In this document: piece after piece, positions 37,118 through 49,159 of the stretch
Layout of the letters: the number at the start of each line of letters is the position of its first letter
Numbering within the stretch: the first letter of the stretch is position 1
Program-made: the position numbers and the translations under genes
NCBI GenBank assembly: GCA_051530055.1
Contig: CM121342.1
Span: 13,965,480 to 14,029,479 of the forward strand
Length of the DNA stretch: 64,000 bases
Direction: 5' to 3'
From: Neoechinorhynchus agilis
Lineage: Eukaryota; Animalia; Acanthocephala
The notes under the pieces: model-generated
Told to the model about the DNA's origin: nothing
Databases searched by the model: none
Seen by the model: only the letters and a program-made list of their open reading frames with translations

Positions 37118-37739
37118 CGAGGCTGGATAATCATTCCATCACCGTCGCTGTGGGACTTCGGTTGGGCATCGAATTCTCAGGCTCATATACGTGTCGGTGC
37201 GGTGAGACAGTGAACGGATCGGGAACTCACGGCCTTGACTGCAAGCGTTCAACTGCTCGCCACGCACGGCACTCAGCAGTCAACCGCATAATCAGGGAAG
37301 CCCTCTCAACGGCCGGTTTTCCAGCTCGATTCGAACCAGTTGGACTCTCCCGGGACGACGGTAAGCGCCCTGATGGAGTGACTCTCCTTCCATGGTGCTC
37401 CGGGAAAATACTGGTTTGGGATTTACCTGCTTCAACACGCTCGCAGCATCCTACCTACGGGATGCCACCTCAAAGGCGGAAGCAGTCGCCAGCTTCAGCG
37501 AGGAAAAGAAGCGGCAGAAGTACTCGCTCGATGGGCATCAATATATTTTCATCCCGATTGCGGTGGAAACACTGGGATGTCTAGGAAAAGAAGCCGATTA
37601 TTTCCTCTCACGACTGGGAGGGATGCTAAAACATACCACCGGCGATATGCGATCCAGCAGCTTCCTGTTGCAGCGAATCAGCGCGGCGATCCAACGCGGC
37701 AATGCCGCGGCCATCAAGGAAGCTGCCGAACAATCATAA
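37118..37739 (+). mobile_element. CRE-clade zinc knuckle plus RLE fragment with a single frameshift
   Basis: TRLDNHSITVAVGLRLG..CRCG..THGLDC..RH, KRPDGVTLLPW..WD/FTC, EEKKRQKY, FIPIAVETLG and QRISAAIQRGNA. Confidence 0.88.
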
Positions 37740-38439
37740 CGTATGAATCTGTATTATGAATGTCGGACAAAATGTTTAAACTTTAAGCAAAAGCCAGCTG
37801 CATAGCAGAATATATCGCAGACCAATCGCGTGTGATTTAATTTATGACAGAAAAATAATAATGTCTTAAATGGAGTATTATTAGATTGGCAATTATTTAT
37901 ATCTCGGGTTCTGATTGGCTGCATTCCATATTGTAAAAATACATTAATTAACATCGAGAATTATTCATTATTATCTAATGCTCTTCTAAGACGATCACAA
38001 TGAACTAATATTTTTGAATGAATCCTTATGATAAGAATTACCAATATTCGTGTTGAAAAGACCGACATATGCTGATATAACCAATAGTCAATAATGAGAT
38101 CAAGCGCTCAAAAATACCTCAACAAACGCGTTAATTCAAGGATTCTACAACAAGGAAACATCTTCACACTCTGTTTTGCGACAACACGGTAAGTTTACCA
38201 GTGAACAAGGAGTATTTTCAAACGTAGGAGATAAATGTTTAGTAAATAATTTACACTTATTGTGGAGTACAATTTCGTTTGTGCTCCATCAACTGTGGCT
38301 TATATGCCCGCGATCTTGATCTCTAACCTAGAGGTTCAGTCATCACCTTAGATAGGATAAGTTGCGATTTTAACCGCCCCACTAACTTATCGATTAACTT
38401 TTCTAACCTTTCCTTTTTACAGCAAACCAATAATCCAGT

Positions 38440-39390
38440 TTGAGCACCTGTCAATCAATGTCATTGCTGGAACATATGGAGGAAATCGGCGCTCAGCCGA
38501 CTTTGCCAGACAAGATTCACAGAGAAGAGACCGTTAATACTATTCGCTCTTTTGTCTCAGCGGCCCTTCCTGAGGTTGTTAGTTTGTTGACGGGATCAAC
38601 GTTTTTGTCAATGGAAATGAGTTCATCAGATATCGATATGCTTCTACTTGGTCCAGTGACTCTGCAGGAATGTGAGGCGATAGAAAGACTCAGGATATAT
38701 TTTCAGCGGGAACAATCAATTGTGCCAAGGATAATACGGCGTGGCCCCTTCGCCGTATTCTCAGCGTTCATTAATGGAATCAAAGTGGATTTCACCTACG
38801 CTAGACTCCAAATTACCGCTGATTTCATGGCTCTCCCTTATTATCCAATAGATTTCGTCTGCCTCGGCGCAGATGAAGGATCCAGGCCATTGATTGCAGC
38901 ATACGAATTTAACTGTGAAGTTTTACGACTAACAAAACCGGAATACGATAAATTCCGATTGGTCGTCCGGGTTGTAAAACTTTGGGCACGTGCACACGAC
39001 ATCGTGGGAAATATCCGATCTGTGCCCATGATCGCTTGGCTCATAATGATCGGAAAGGTGTTTGTGCTATACAGTAAACACTCATTCCTCGTCATAATGA
39101 ACCGATTCTTCAAATTTTATAAACTGTTCGACTGGCGGCATCGGACAGTTATATGGTTGAGCAAGAAAATTCCATTGTGTGAATTCAGAACGGATTCGAG
39201 ACCGATGGAGGTTCAGCTCCCCTTTCCACCATTTTCAAATCTCACAGGAAATGTGCCTATCGAGAAGTTCGAAATTATAAAGCGAGCATTTGCTAGTGGT
39301 CTACGATTCATCGAGGCGAGACAAAGAGGAGAGGATGTCAAGTGGCCGGACCTATTCGTGCCCAGCTACATGGCAGGAGCTAGTTTTTAG
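38440..39390 (+). CDS. Divergent canonical-type poly(A) polymerase paralogue (catalytic and central domains only)
   Basis: LTGS..SSDIDMLLLGP, IKVDFTYA, FRLVVRVVKLWAR.H.I.GN, FFKFY..FDW, PMEV..P..PFSNLTGNV and a terminal WPDLF. AATAAA at 39438-39443. The start codon is uncertain (ATG at 38458). Confidence 0.78.
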   Translation: MSTCQSMSLLEHMEEIGAQPTLPDKIHREETVNTIRSFVSAALPEVVSLLTGSTFLSMEMSSSDIDMLLLGPVTLQECEAIERLRIYFQREQSIVPRIIRRGPFAVFSAFINGIKVDFTYARLQITADFMALPYYPIDFVCLGADEGSRPLIAAYEFNCEVLRLTKPEYDKFRLVVRVVKLWARAHDIVGNIRSVPMIAWLIMIGKVFVLYSKHSFLVIMNRFFKFYKLFDWRHRTVIWLSKKIPLCEFRTDSRPMEVQLPFPPFSNLTGNVPIEKFEIIKRAFASGLRFIEARQRGEDVKWPDLFVPSYMAGASF

Positions 39391-39600
39391 ACTCGTAGGA
39401 AATGTAAGCGCAGTTATATGCGCTTTCGTATTGGCAAAATAAATTTTTGCTCATTGCAGTCTGGGTTTTGTAGCAGCGTACTCTGAAGTTCAAACATCTT
39501 GGCTTCAAAAAACAAGTCTTACATTAGTTTAAATATAAAATGAGATTGTAAAAGCAACATCCAAATCAAACAAAAAATATGATAGTTTGAAAAAGTAATT

Positions 39601-39800
39601 AGAACTATTACTTAGGTCTTCACACGGTTAAGAATCTTTTAGTAGAGATGTTTCGAACCTCGCTGGATTCATCATCAGTTCTTAAAGACGAGAGGAATGC
39701 GTTTCACCTCTCGTTTTTTTGGAACCGATTATGAACTCGACAAGGTTCAAAGTCTTCGTTAAAAAATTATTTACAGAGTCAAAACCCAAATAATAATTCT
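39601..39800. mobile_element. Second head-to-head pLTR-like pair with hammerhead-like motifs
   Basis: Left arm (minus strand) reads CTGATGAtGAATccagcgagGTTCGAAACATC. Right arm is degenerate (ccgattatgaactcgacaaggttcaaagtc...aataataattc). The spacer holds its own hairpin acgagagg...cctctcgt. Confidence 0.7.
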
Positions 39801-41561
39801 TGAAAAAGTAAACCCAAGCTAATTTAAATGCATATTTTTGTTACATTGCGACGTCGAAAGCTGATTGGTTCATGCCAAGTAATTAGCCGGTATGATTCGT
39901 CTACGTTGACGGACTTATCATGCTTGTTTTGCGACACTTTCTGTGCTTTAAACGTGCAAACAAACGTTCATTCTGCTTGGAACATTTTTTACAAATACAA
40001 AATCCATTTAAACTATAAAACAACAGCAAAAAAGTGTTATTTTCTTCATAAAACCTTTGCCAACTTTTTATTTATAAATTCAAATGAGAAAAAAGCAACT
40101 AGAGCAAATTACTTAACACAATCTTCGTTTATCTCAGTTATAGAATTATGAAAAAATCTTTAGACTTTAATGCTGCCAATAACTTCACAACAAGCATCAA
40201 CATTGGAATGAATGATAGTCACGATTTCAATTTCTCTTCCAAAGATGAACTAAACGTATACTTGTGCTTCACAGTTTGCTTCTATAGATTCCTATATACA
40301 TTAAAGTGGCAACTGATTTCCATTGCTTACAATATGTTAAGATATTACTTCTAGCAAAAAAATATCAAAGTAATTTTTTTACCGTTTTTACTTTTTATTT
40401 GCAGATAGCCTTGCCTGATCAAATTTTCGTTAACATCCTGTGCTTAGCCCGTATAACACTTTCCACTTTTATAAACCTTGAATTTTTCACATTGCAACTA
40501 ACAAATCATTAGAAAAATTTGGAGTTGAAATTATATGTGCGAATTTGCCGAGTTCCTGTTTCGTATAGATTAATGGTCTCCAAATTGAAACGAAATGGTT
40601 TGATACCGTAGAACACTCAACACACATCACTGGATATCCTACTGATGCAAATTTTACAATTTTGAAGGTATTTTTGAGTATGAAAATTTTAGCGCATAGA
40701 CAAATCCAGTGTAATTTTAACTAAAAATACTGGCATGAGGATGATTGTCAGATTTCAGTGTTGCGCTGCAAGATTTTTTGCATGTACCAGTAATATGACG
40801 GCATTGAAAGCTGATAGTTTTCATTGGTCCGATGGCGCAAATCAAAAATCCTGATAATAGAACCAAGCTTTTTCTGTACGATCGTTTTCCTACTTTATTT
40901 AGGCCTAATTTAAGTCCGATTTTTTTAAAATGAGCAAAAAAGGACTACAAACATTCAAAATAACAGATCGCAGTTTTAATTATCTCCTTGTAGTTTCTTA
41001 TTTTTACCCTTAATGTTTCCATTTTAATGTAAGTGAATACCGACAAAAAATTGTCGAAAAACAAAAGGTATATGGTGTGCATTCGCTGTTCTCTCACTTT
41101 CTTCATGCATATATTCACTCGTTTACTTTAAAGAAATAACGGAATTAAATATGTTTAGAGTTTTATTGTGGCATTTGGTTATTTGCGTCCACGAACTGGA
41201 ACTAAAATGCTTTGACTTGTGATCAGTTTTACAGGTACAATGTTGTGCTTGTTTCTCTTTAGTGTCAGACCGCTCATCGGGCGCAATCAACACAATGAAT
41301 TAATATCTATTAATCATGCGATATTAATCAATCATTTTAAAATTGTACAGAACAAATAAAGGCAACATTTGTCAGTCAAAATGGATATTAGAAAAGTCGT
41401 AAGACTTAAGTCATATTATTAACAGTTCTTCGCACGTCTTTAAGAAAGATCCGATTCTTTAGAAAAATTCCGTATCTAAAGCACTTACAAAACTCTTCTT
41501 TTCTTATCAAAAACGGATGGATTTCCACGTACACACAAAGTAGAAAAGTATCACATCCAGA

Positions 41562-42559
41562 CTATTGGGTTCTTCTTTGCTGCTCCTTATCAATGTTGGG
41601 CTTACCGTCACCATCTATCGTGTACCTGTCTCTCGAAAACATTGTAGGACGACCGCTAATATTGGCATCTTCGTCAACATTGTACAGGTTTATAAGATTT
41701 GCGTATTTATGCTGGCTAAGCGTCTTATGTCGTGGTGGCCGAACTCGCGGTAAGTCTTCATTAAAACTGACAGATTTTAAAGACTGCTTCGAAATCTCGC
41801 TGCTATTTTTCTTAAGGGCCGTTCTGAGATCATTAAAAGGTTTTTTCTGCTGTTCATAGTCCTTTAAAGGAACTTGGACGTCACGGTACCTCCGAATCGA
41901 AGGTTGGAGTCGCTTAGTACTCAAGGCGACTGTTGTTTCCTTAAATATAGGAGTGACTGGCAGATGATTAAGCATGGCTTTGACGCTAGCATAAGAAGGT
42001 CCATTGGTCGAATCAAAGGATTGTGCATCGATTGATAATGCCCGTAAACTAGGAGGACGGTAGCGTCCGCTATTCCTGGTCAAAATGTTGTAACGCTCAT
42101 CCATTGCTCGTGAGAATTGTCTAAGTTTTACGAGCGGAGAATCATCATCGTCATCATGAGCACTGCTGGGCGTTACCGAAGAGCCACGTCTATTCGGATT
42201 AATCCAAAGTTTTCTGAGATTTTCGCTTTCGTTATAGCATGAAGTTTTGTTTTTGTGGATACAACAATTCGATCAAAACCTCATGCTCCAGCATGTTTTA
42301 GCCGCATTAATCTAATTGATTCGTCCTGTGCGTCCATCCTTTCCTTCAAGCTTTTAAGTTTCTGTTCACGTGCCATTTGGATAGCCTTGATTTTTAGTTC
42401 ACTTTGTTGGTCTTGTAGATTTAGAGACTCCATTTTGTTTTGAAACCTCCTAAGATTATACTCCCGCCATTCGGGTCTTTGCTGATGAGCCAACAAACTA
42501 GCTGGTTTTTGTGACGTGGCCCTCGGTTGAGAACTTCGGATGTCTTTATCATTGTCCAT
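41562..42559 (-). CDS. Hypothetical protein: two collinear ORFs (coiled-coil-like, then low-complexity) with an unresolved frame break near 42270
   Basis: Charged, protein-like ORFs 42281-42559 and 41562-42104; the second stays open upstream to about 42270. No family recognised. Confidence 0.4.
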
Positions 42560-44199
42560 GAATGAATACGGACGATCTACGCCGAGGATTTCTTTGCCGA
42601 TGGATGATCACAATCACACAAAAAGAGACAAACACGCTTTTTGTTGTGTTGCGAGACTGATGGTAGAAGGAATGAAGGCGAGAAAGTGGATGTGTGTGTA
42701 TGCAGCGAACTAGTAATAGGCGAACAGTAGAGGCATCAGCACCGTGAGACTCCATGGCACCGTGGCGCGCCCGAAAAATACCTGCGAATGCCGTTGAAGA
42801 GCGCACATACTCTTTGGTGTATGTGTTTGTAAGAGATAATAAGCAAGACAATGCAACGTAGGAAGCTGAAGGCTGATAGATATGGCATGTCGCCGTAGCC
42901 AAATGTGGTTGGCAGATATTCTATTTGTTCCAGAAACAACTAGTTGATCGTCTAGTGAACATTGAGAGAAAATGTAGAAAAAATCAAATGTTGATTCATA
43001 TGGAACGAAGCAATAAAAGCGTTCTTTTGGTTAAAACTCATATTAGCGAACGGTATCTGTAGTTATCAAATATTCAGCAGAATAAATGAAACCTTAAAAT
43101 GATAATGTAACGAGATAAAAAACTTTTCTGTGCGGTCATTACTTTAAGAAATCCAAATGGAGGATATTATTCGGGAAGATGGAATAACACATATCGTAGA
43201 AAATCCAGAAGCAAAAAGAGTTGACCTTTTTATAAATAGGCGCCTAAACCGGCGTTTGTTGTAGCTTCTATAAAAAATTAGCAACTATGAATGGTCCATT
43301 TAGTGGATATTGATAAAAATTAATGTGAGAAATAAACATCTAAAAATTCCCTTCATTGACATTCAATGTGCATAACTCGACAATTTGACATTCTTCAAAA
43401 GATAGATATGGTAGATTAGACTAGTGCAGATGGAATATTAATCGTCTTATGCGGTTTGATTGGCGTTACTTTGTTTTATAACGGCATTCCTGGTTAGATA
43501 TCTTTACAGCGTGCCTTTTTGACGAAATCTTATAGCTTATAATTTTTTAAGGGGCATTTCTAATCGAAAAATTATGGTACGACAATGTTTGGGATGGAAT
43601 TGTGAGTTTTATTCGTAGACATTAATTGTTTTAGTGATTTGGTCAGGAACCAATGAACGTAGAAACTTTTAATTTTAAGCTTTTAGCATTTTCATGGGTA
43701 CTTCTGCTGGAGAACCAAATTAGAACCATTTAATGAGAACTAACAGTCGTAGTGAGACAACTTTTTTCGAAAGTCAAAAAGAATATTTCATTATCAATAC
43801 ACGATCAATTCGATTAGCGAATAATTGATATAAATCCGACTGTGGCGTACAAAATGTCATCAGAAAGTGCATATTATATTGTGAAACTCGTTCAATTTCA
43901 ATCATTTCGTATTTTATCAAATACAAAACTGTGAAGCTTCATTTAGTTAGGGCGTGATTTGCTAATAATTCAAGAACATCCGAGAAAAAAATCGAATTAT
44001 AAGAATCAGTTTATATTTCGTTCTACATGATTGAATTTTTCAAGCGTGTAAACGACGAATTCTTAACAATTTGTGCTTTCAACAATTTTTTTGAAAAATA
44101 ATCGTTGTGATCAAAGTATTCATTACAAAAAAAATAGACTTCAATTATGATTCCAAAATTTAAAATGATGCTAATGTTATTGTATAATCGTATAGATCA

Positions 44200-44305
44200 G
44201 TGTTTTTAAGTGTGTGACTTTTTTCATGGCTGATAATTTTTCCTTGGGCAGTATTTCTTGGGCAAAATTATCAGCCATGAAAAAGGCCACACACTTAAAA
44301 AACAC
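44200..44305. mobile_element. Small MITE-like fold-back, family shared with 53879-53978 and 60063-60165
   Basis: tttttaagtgtgtgacttttttcatggctgataatttt is mirrored by aaaattatcagccatgaaaaaggccacacacttaaaaa. Confidence 0.72.
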
Positions 44306-45498
44306 AAAATAAAAGTTACCGGTTAGACAAACTACAAACAAATTAAAAGGTTTTACTTGAATCGTAAAGCAAGCTTGAAAATGATAATTTGAACTCACGC
44401 ATCGTTCAATTTCTCTCATCAGGAAGGGAATAAAGCTTCTCCTATTGATTATTAGCTTTTAAGGAAAAACTATCGGACTTTTAATTCCGTGGTCGTATTT
44501 ATTGTGACAACTCCCTTTCTTAATCGCTGATTCTCTTGTAAAAATAGTTGGATGCACGGAGACCATCTTTTAACCTTGGTGGCACCATTTATCTCAACGG
44601 TGAGATATTGGAAATTTAGAGCGATTGATCGATGCATTTCTCCCTTTTTCATCTTTTCGTCAACCTGCTCGTCCCTGAAACTGCACGGGAGATCTAAATA
44701 AAACAAAGTTAATTCGCAATTTAAAATTTAAACGCTTTCATAATTTCAATTTGAAATGCTGTACTGAACAATCGTTTATTATTACGGCCACATTCAAAAA
44801 TATCATCAATTTAATATCGACTCATTCTTGATTTTCAAGTCGATTTTTCATTGGTTAATTATAATTCTTTAAATTGCAAATTAGAGAGGAAATGAATACT
44901 TTGTCCAAACGCTCGAAAGAATGAATCTTTCATTTGTCGATCGCTTTTAAAATGAACACACATCGTAACTTCTGATGTTCATATTGGAAATACCAATATT
45001 TTTTATCTGGGACGCGCTTAAGATACGTTTATGTTTCGGTTAGATGTTGAAGTAGAAGGCACTATGAATAAGTACTTTTAGGAGTTAAGTCTTTTTATGA
45101 TCAATAACGGGTATCAATGATCAAATGCAATACTCAGTTTAATCTTCTTAAGACCGTTTTCTATTCGTTATGTGCTTCATTATGAAAAAAATTAAGTTTA
45201 TAGGAAATTTAAGTAAATCTTTTCATGTCCCATTCAAAATAATGTTTGTTAATATTTTTCCAATGGCTAAATTCGTTTTAAACTGAACCGGATAATGGCA
45301 TGTCGGCTTACCGTGACTTTCACGCAAACGTTGGCAATCGAGACGACAAATCTTGACAGAACGTTCAAAACGTCGCTATACGTTCACTTTAAAAACACCT
45401 AGATGATGTCTCATTGAACCATAGCCTAGATTTTGATCTTTTCGAAAAATAACCTTGCGTTTGAGATTAATTTTTCTTCAAAAATTCCAGATCTTAGA

Positions 45499-45825
45499 AT
45501 GCTTCGTTATTGCGAGTATTGCGGAAATGTACTTTCCCTCGACACACGTTCCCGTGGAACGAACCGACTTATTTGTCCAACGTGTCCATTCAATATTTCT
45601 ATAAACTCCACAATGGCTTACGAAATCGACGTCGGTCTGGAGGTGGACGTTGAAGCTCAGAGGAAAAATGACAACAGCCCAGTGCGTTTAATTGCACAAA
45701 TCACATGCAAGGACTGCGGTCATGGAACTGCTTATTATCAGCAAATTCAGACTCGATCCGCCGATGAACCAATGTCCATATTTTATACGTGTGCGAATTG
45801 TAAAAAAACGTGGAGAGAAGATTAA
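45499..45825 (+). CDS. POLR3K: RNA polymerase III subunit RPC10/C11
   Basis: CEYCGN..CPTCPF zinc ribbon and C-terminal CKDC..QIQTRSADEPM.IFYTC.NC..TWRED. DEPM is the C11-type motif, whereas A12 has DEGQT. Confidence 0.9.
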   Translation: MLRYCEYCGNVLSLDTRSRGTNRLICPTCPFNISINSTMAYEIDVGLEVDVEAQRKNDNSPVRLIAQITCKDCGHGTAYYQQIQTRSADEPMSIFYTCANCKKTWRED

Positions 45826-46597
45826 TGATCTAGAATATTTAAGCGAAAACGAGTTAAGAAGCGAAATCGGGGAACTGTAATGTTTCATTCAAAGCTAAAA
45901 TGTGATTTTTCAAACATTTCCAATGAAAGCATTCACCTAAACGCGTTATATAGTCGATCAAATGCCTTTTATATGCCTTTGAAAAATGCATTGATGTGAA
46001 CAATAAAAATATTGATGTTGAATACTAAGATAGATAAATCACAGTTTTCTATCTACTACATAGAATTCATCAAAAAATCTTCGAAGCAAAACCAGTTTTA
46101 CAGAAATCGCGACTAATCCGTTGCTTTTGAAATCGCGAACACAACGAATCTATTGCTTTCCTGAATAGCAGTAAAGTAGAAATATCTAAGCACAATCTCG
46201 GATTTGTTAGTAATGTCCGTCCTTGAATAGTAAAGGAAATCTTAAGTTCGGTTTAGGCGTTCGTTACGTTTCTTTATCAAATCCCAGTGGAGCATTTGAA
46301 TAGCGACGAAACAAAAATGTGTTTATATGCTGGCAACTATATTAGAATAATTGCTTAGATGAGAAATACTGCCCTTAGCAATCAATCATTCCTAAAGACT
46401 AAGAAAATATTTTATGAGAGTAAGCAACGATAAATGTGTAATACGAACAATCGTTAATGTCTCTCTTTTTACTTCTTTGCATTTGTTCACGCCTTAAAAG
46501 ATAAGGTCACGACTGAGATGAACGAATGTTTGTATCGGACTGGCATTGCATCCAATGTTTGTTGCTGCCTAAATCCTTCAAACTTCGTGCATTCTAG

Positions 46598-48633
46598 ATG
46601 GATCTCCAAGACGAAGAACTACATGGAGATGTCGAAATGGAGGAAAGTGTTAAATGTGAAACGTCGTCGGGCGACCAGCCAGAGTGTCCTTTTGATGATG
46701 ATATAGCGAAGTCATTTAAGCTGGTTCGTATTTTTCAGGAAAATTCGGAAATGATAAATTCAGTGGATTTATCACACGATGGTCGCTTTATTGTTTCCAG
46801 TAGTGCGGATGATCGAATCGTGATATACGATTGTTTTACAGGGACAAAAAAACGACTCATTCACAGTAAAAAATACGGCGTTGATTTAGCTCGATTCACT
46901 GTGCAATCGAACATGGTTATACATGCTTCTTCTAAAGTGGACGGTATTTATGATACAACATTTTTCTCTAATCAAATTTTGTTTTAGACAATATTCGATA
47001 TTTGTCTCTTCAGGACAATAAGTATATAAGATACTTTACCGGACATGAAGCGAAGTATGTTTCTGTGTTAACAACTTTTTAACTCCATTTTATGAATTTT
47101 AAGTATCTGGGTTTCGTGATTTCAAAGTGCGTTCGCCTAGGATTACCGATGATATAAAATGTATTTCAATTTCTAATTTTTATTTATTTTATTTATCCTT
47201 ACAGTCAGACATACGCATGGTTATGTTCTTCAGATTGAGTTGATTGGTCTTACGAAATCTTCTTTTTGGGTCTCTCGGCTAAATTTTTTTTCGAAGCCTT
47301 TCGGCTGACTTGCACACATCGGATGCACTTAGCCGCACTCGAAGGGACAGGACCAACCCACTTTTTGGGGGGGCCGATGGGTGATCTCAAACCTAAACCC
47401 ACCCTTCCAGCAGCCTCGCACACCCGTGGAACCCAGCGACCGGTGGCGTTGAGGCATCGACATATCGAGCGCATTATGAACGCGCACACCACACGGCCAC
47501 TGGGTCCCCAGTTTCTAATGGATAATCATTTGTGAATACTTATTCGAGCACTTTTGGAAAGAATTTGTTCTTATTGCTCAAAGTCGAAAACACCAACTGA
47601 CCACTAAAAATCGCAATTATGCCTGTTTAGAAATATTATTCGACTCTCCAGTCACATGATTGATCAAGTTTTGTTCGGAGAAAGCTCGAAAATAGAGATT
47701 TTATCATTAAACCAACCCGGCTTGAAAGGTTCCGCAAACTTTTCTTACACTGCCTACTTATACTGATCATTCATGACTTTTAGTTGCGTCCATTGCCCCA
47801 AGAGTAGAATGCACTGATTCAATGGCGACAATCATATTCCAAGCCACGATGGTTTTTTGCCTTAATAGCAATAACCTTTTTAAAATTCGCCATCTTCGAA
47901 GTCTAATATATTTAATGTATTTTTAGTGATGGCACTATTTATGTTCCTATTTGGATTTTAACACACTAAGCGATTTTTGTCTCACACTCCTCTTAGAGTA
48001 ACATCAATAAGAATAATTCCCGGAATAGAGGGATTTGTTTCTGGTTCTCATGATGGTGCAGTAAAGATTTGGGACACAAGACTTGAAGAACCCATCCGTG
48101 AGATATCGACATCTCAGTGTCCTGTAGTTTGCTTCGACCCTGAAGGAGTTGTCCTTGCGCTCGGACACTGCGGATCAGTGGATTTGTATGACATTCGTGA
48201 CAATGCAAGTAGCTCATTTGCGAACTTCAAAGTAGACAATGTGGAAATGTCGGACATTGTGTTTAGTCCTGATGGTCAGTCGATCGCAGTGACATCTAAC
48301 GACTCAAGTGTTAGCGTTATCGACGCATTTGATGGAAAACTCAAGTTTACAATTGCTGGTTTTGGTAAGGATAACAAAGCGGCTCACCGTCTTCGATACG
48401 AATCGAGTTTCTCAGCCGGTGGAGAGTATTTGATTCGGGGTGATACAAGAGGAATTATCCCTTGTTTTGATGCTAAGACAGGGCGGCAAATCACTCATTA
48501 TAATTCGGGTTTCGATCATCCTGTCAATTGTGTTCGATATCACCCGCAGAATTTAATGTTTTTGTCTTGCTCAACCCACATGAACTTTTGGTTACCTGAT
48601 ATGAACGTAATCGAGAAAAAGATAAAAAAGTGA
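46598..48633 (+). CDS. WDR82: WD repeat protein 82 (Swd2), 3 exons (introns 46944-46987 and 47055-47996)
   Basis: FQENSEMINSVD, YDC..G..KRLIHSKKYGVDL, DNIRYLSLQDNKYIRYFTGH, FVSGSHDGAVKIWD and FDPEG. The splice sites restore the frame. Confidence 0.93.
47276..47510 (-). other. GC-rich, highly base-paired island of unknown class inside WDR82 intron 2 (SINE or structured ncRNA candidate)
   Basis: Minus-strand stem gggacccagtggccg/cggtcgctgggttcc with G-U pairs, stem cggctaa/ttagccg, and hairpin agcc-GAAA-ggct. Confidence 0.4.
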
Positions 48634-49159
48634 ATGTCTTTGTTTCCTTTGTTTCTTGTGCGTATGGTAACGAAATGGAGTTGAGTCAAATGCTCGTGGT
48701 AGTGTCAGAAATACTCATTGTATCAAAGGTGTTCAAAGTACTTAGAGACACGCAAACACGAGTGAAAGCGCACACTAATGCAGTCAAAGAGATTGATTTG
48801 TGTCGAGGTGGAACCACAAATATCGCTGTCCCTGCCCTACGTTCATAATGATGCACTGTTTCCGTCTTTGGAAATAACGACATTTGCTTGTAGCGCTCAC
48901 TGAATTAGTTCCTATTAACATTATATCTTAGTTTTTATGAAATTCAACTTACGACTTTGTGGGGTTGAGTCAACATCCGCTTCTAAATTATGACTAGGAA
49001 AAAATAACGAGCTGCTTTTTGGACACTAAAATAGCATTATTGCTACAAAAACCATGGGAAGTTTCAGAGTCTTTGGTTAAAAATATGGTGACATATAAAA
49101 GTAAACTTGAGAATAAAACGTAACCTTAGAAGGCTTTTTACATGTATCAATAAAAAAAG

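Noticed and set aside
47392-47400. Telomerase-RNA template (cctaaaccc) in the structured island
   Set aside because: It would template TTTAGGG rather than the usual animal TTAGGG, and it lies on the strand opposite the one favoured by G-U pairs and the GNRA loop.
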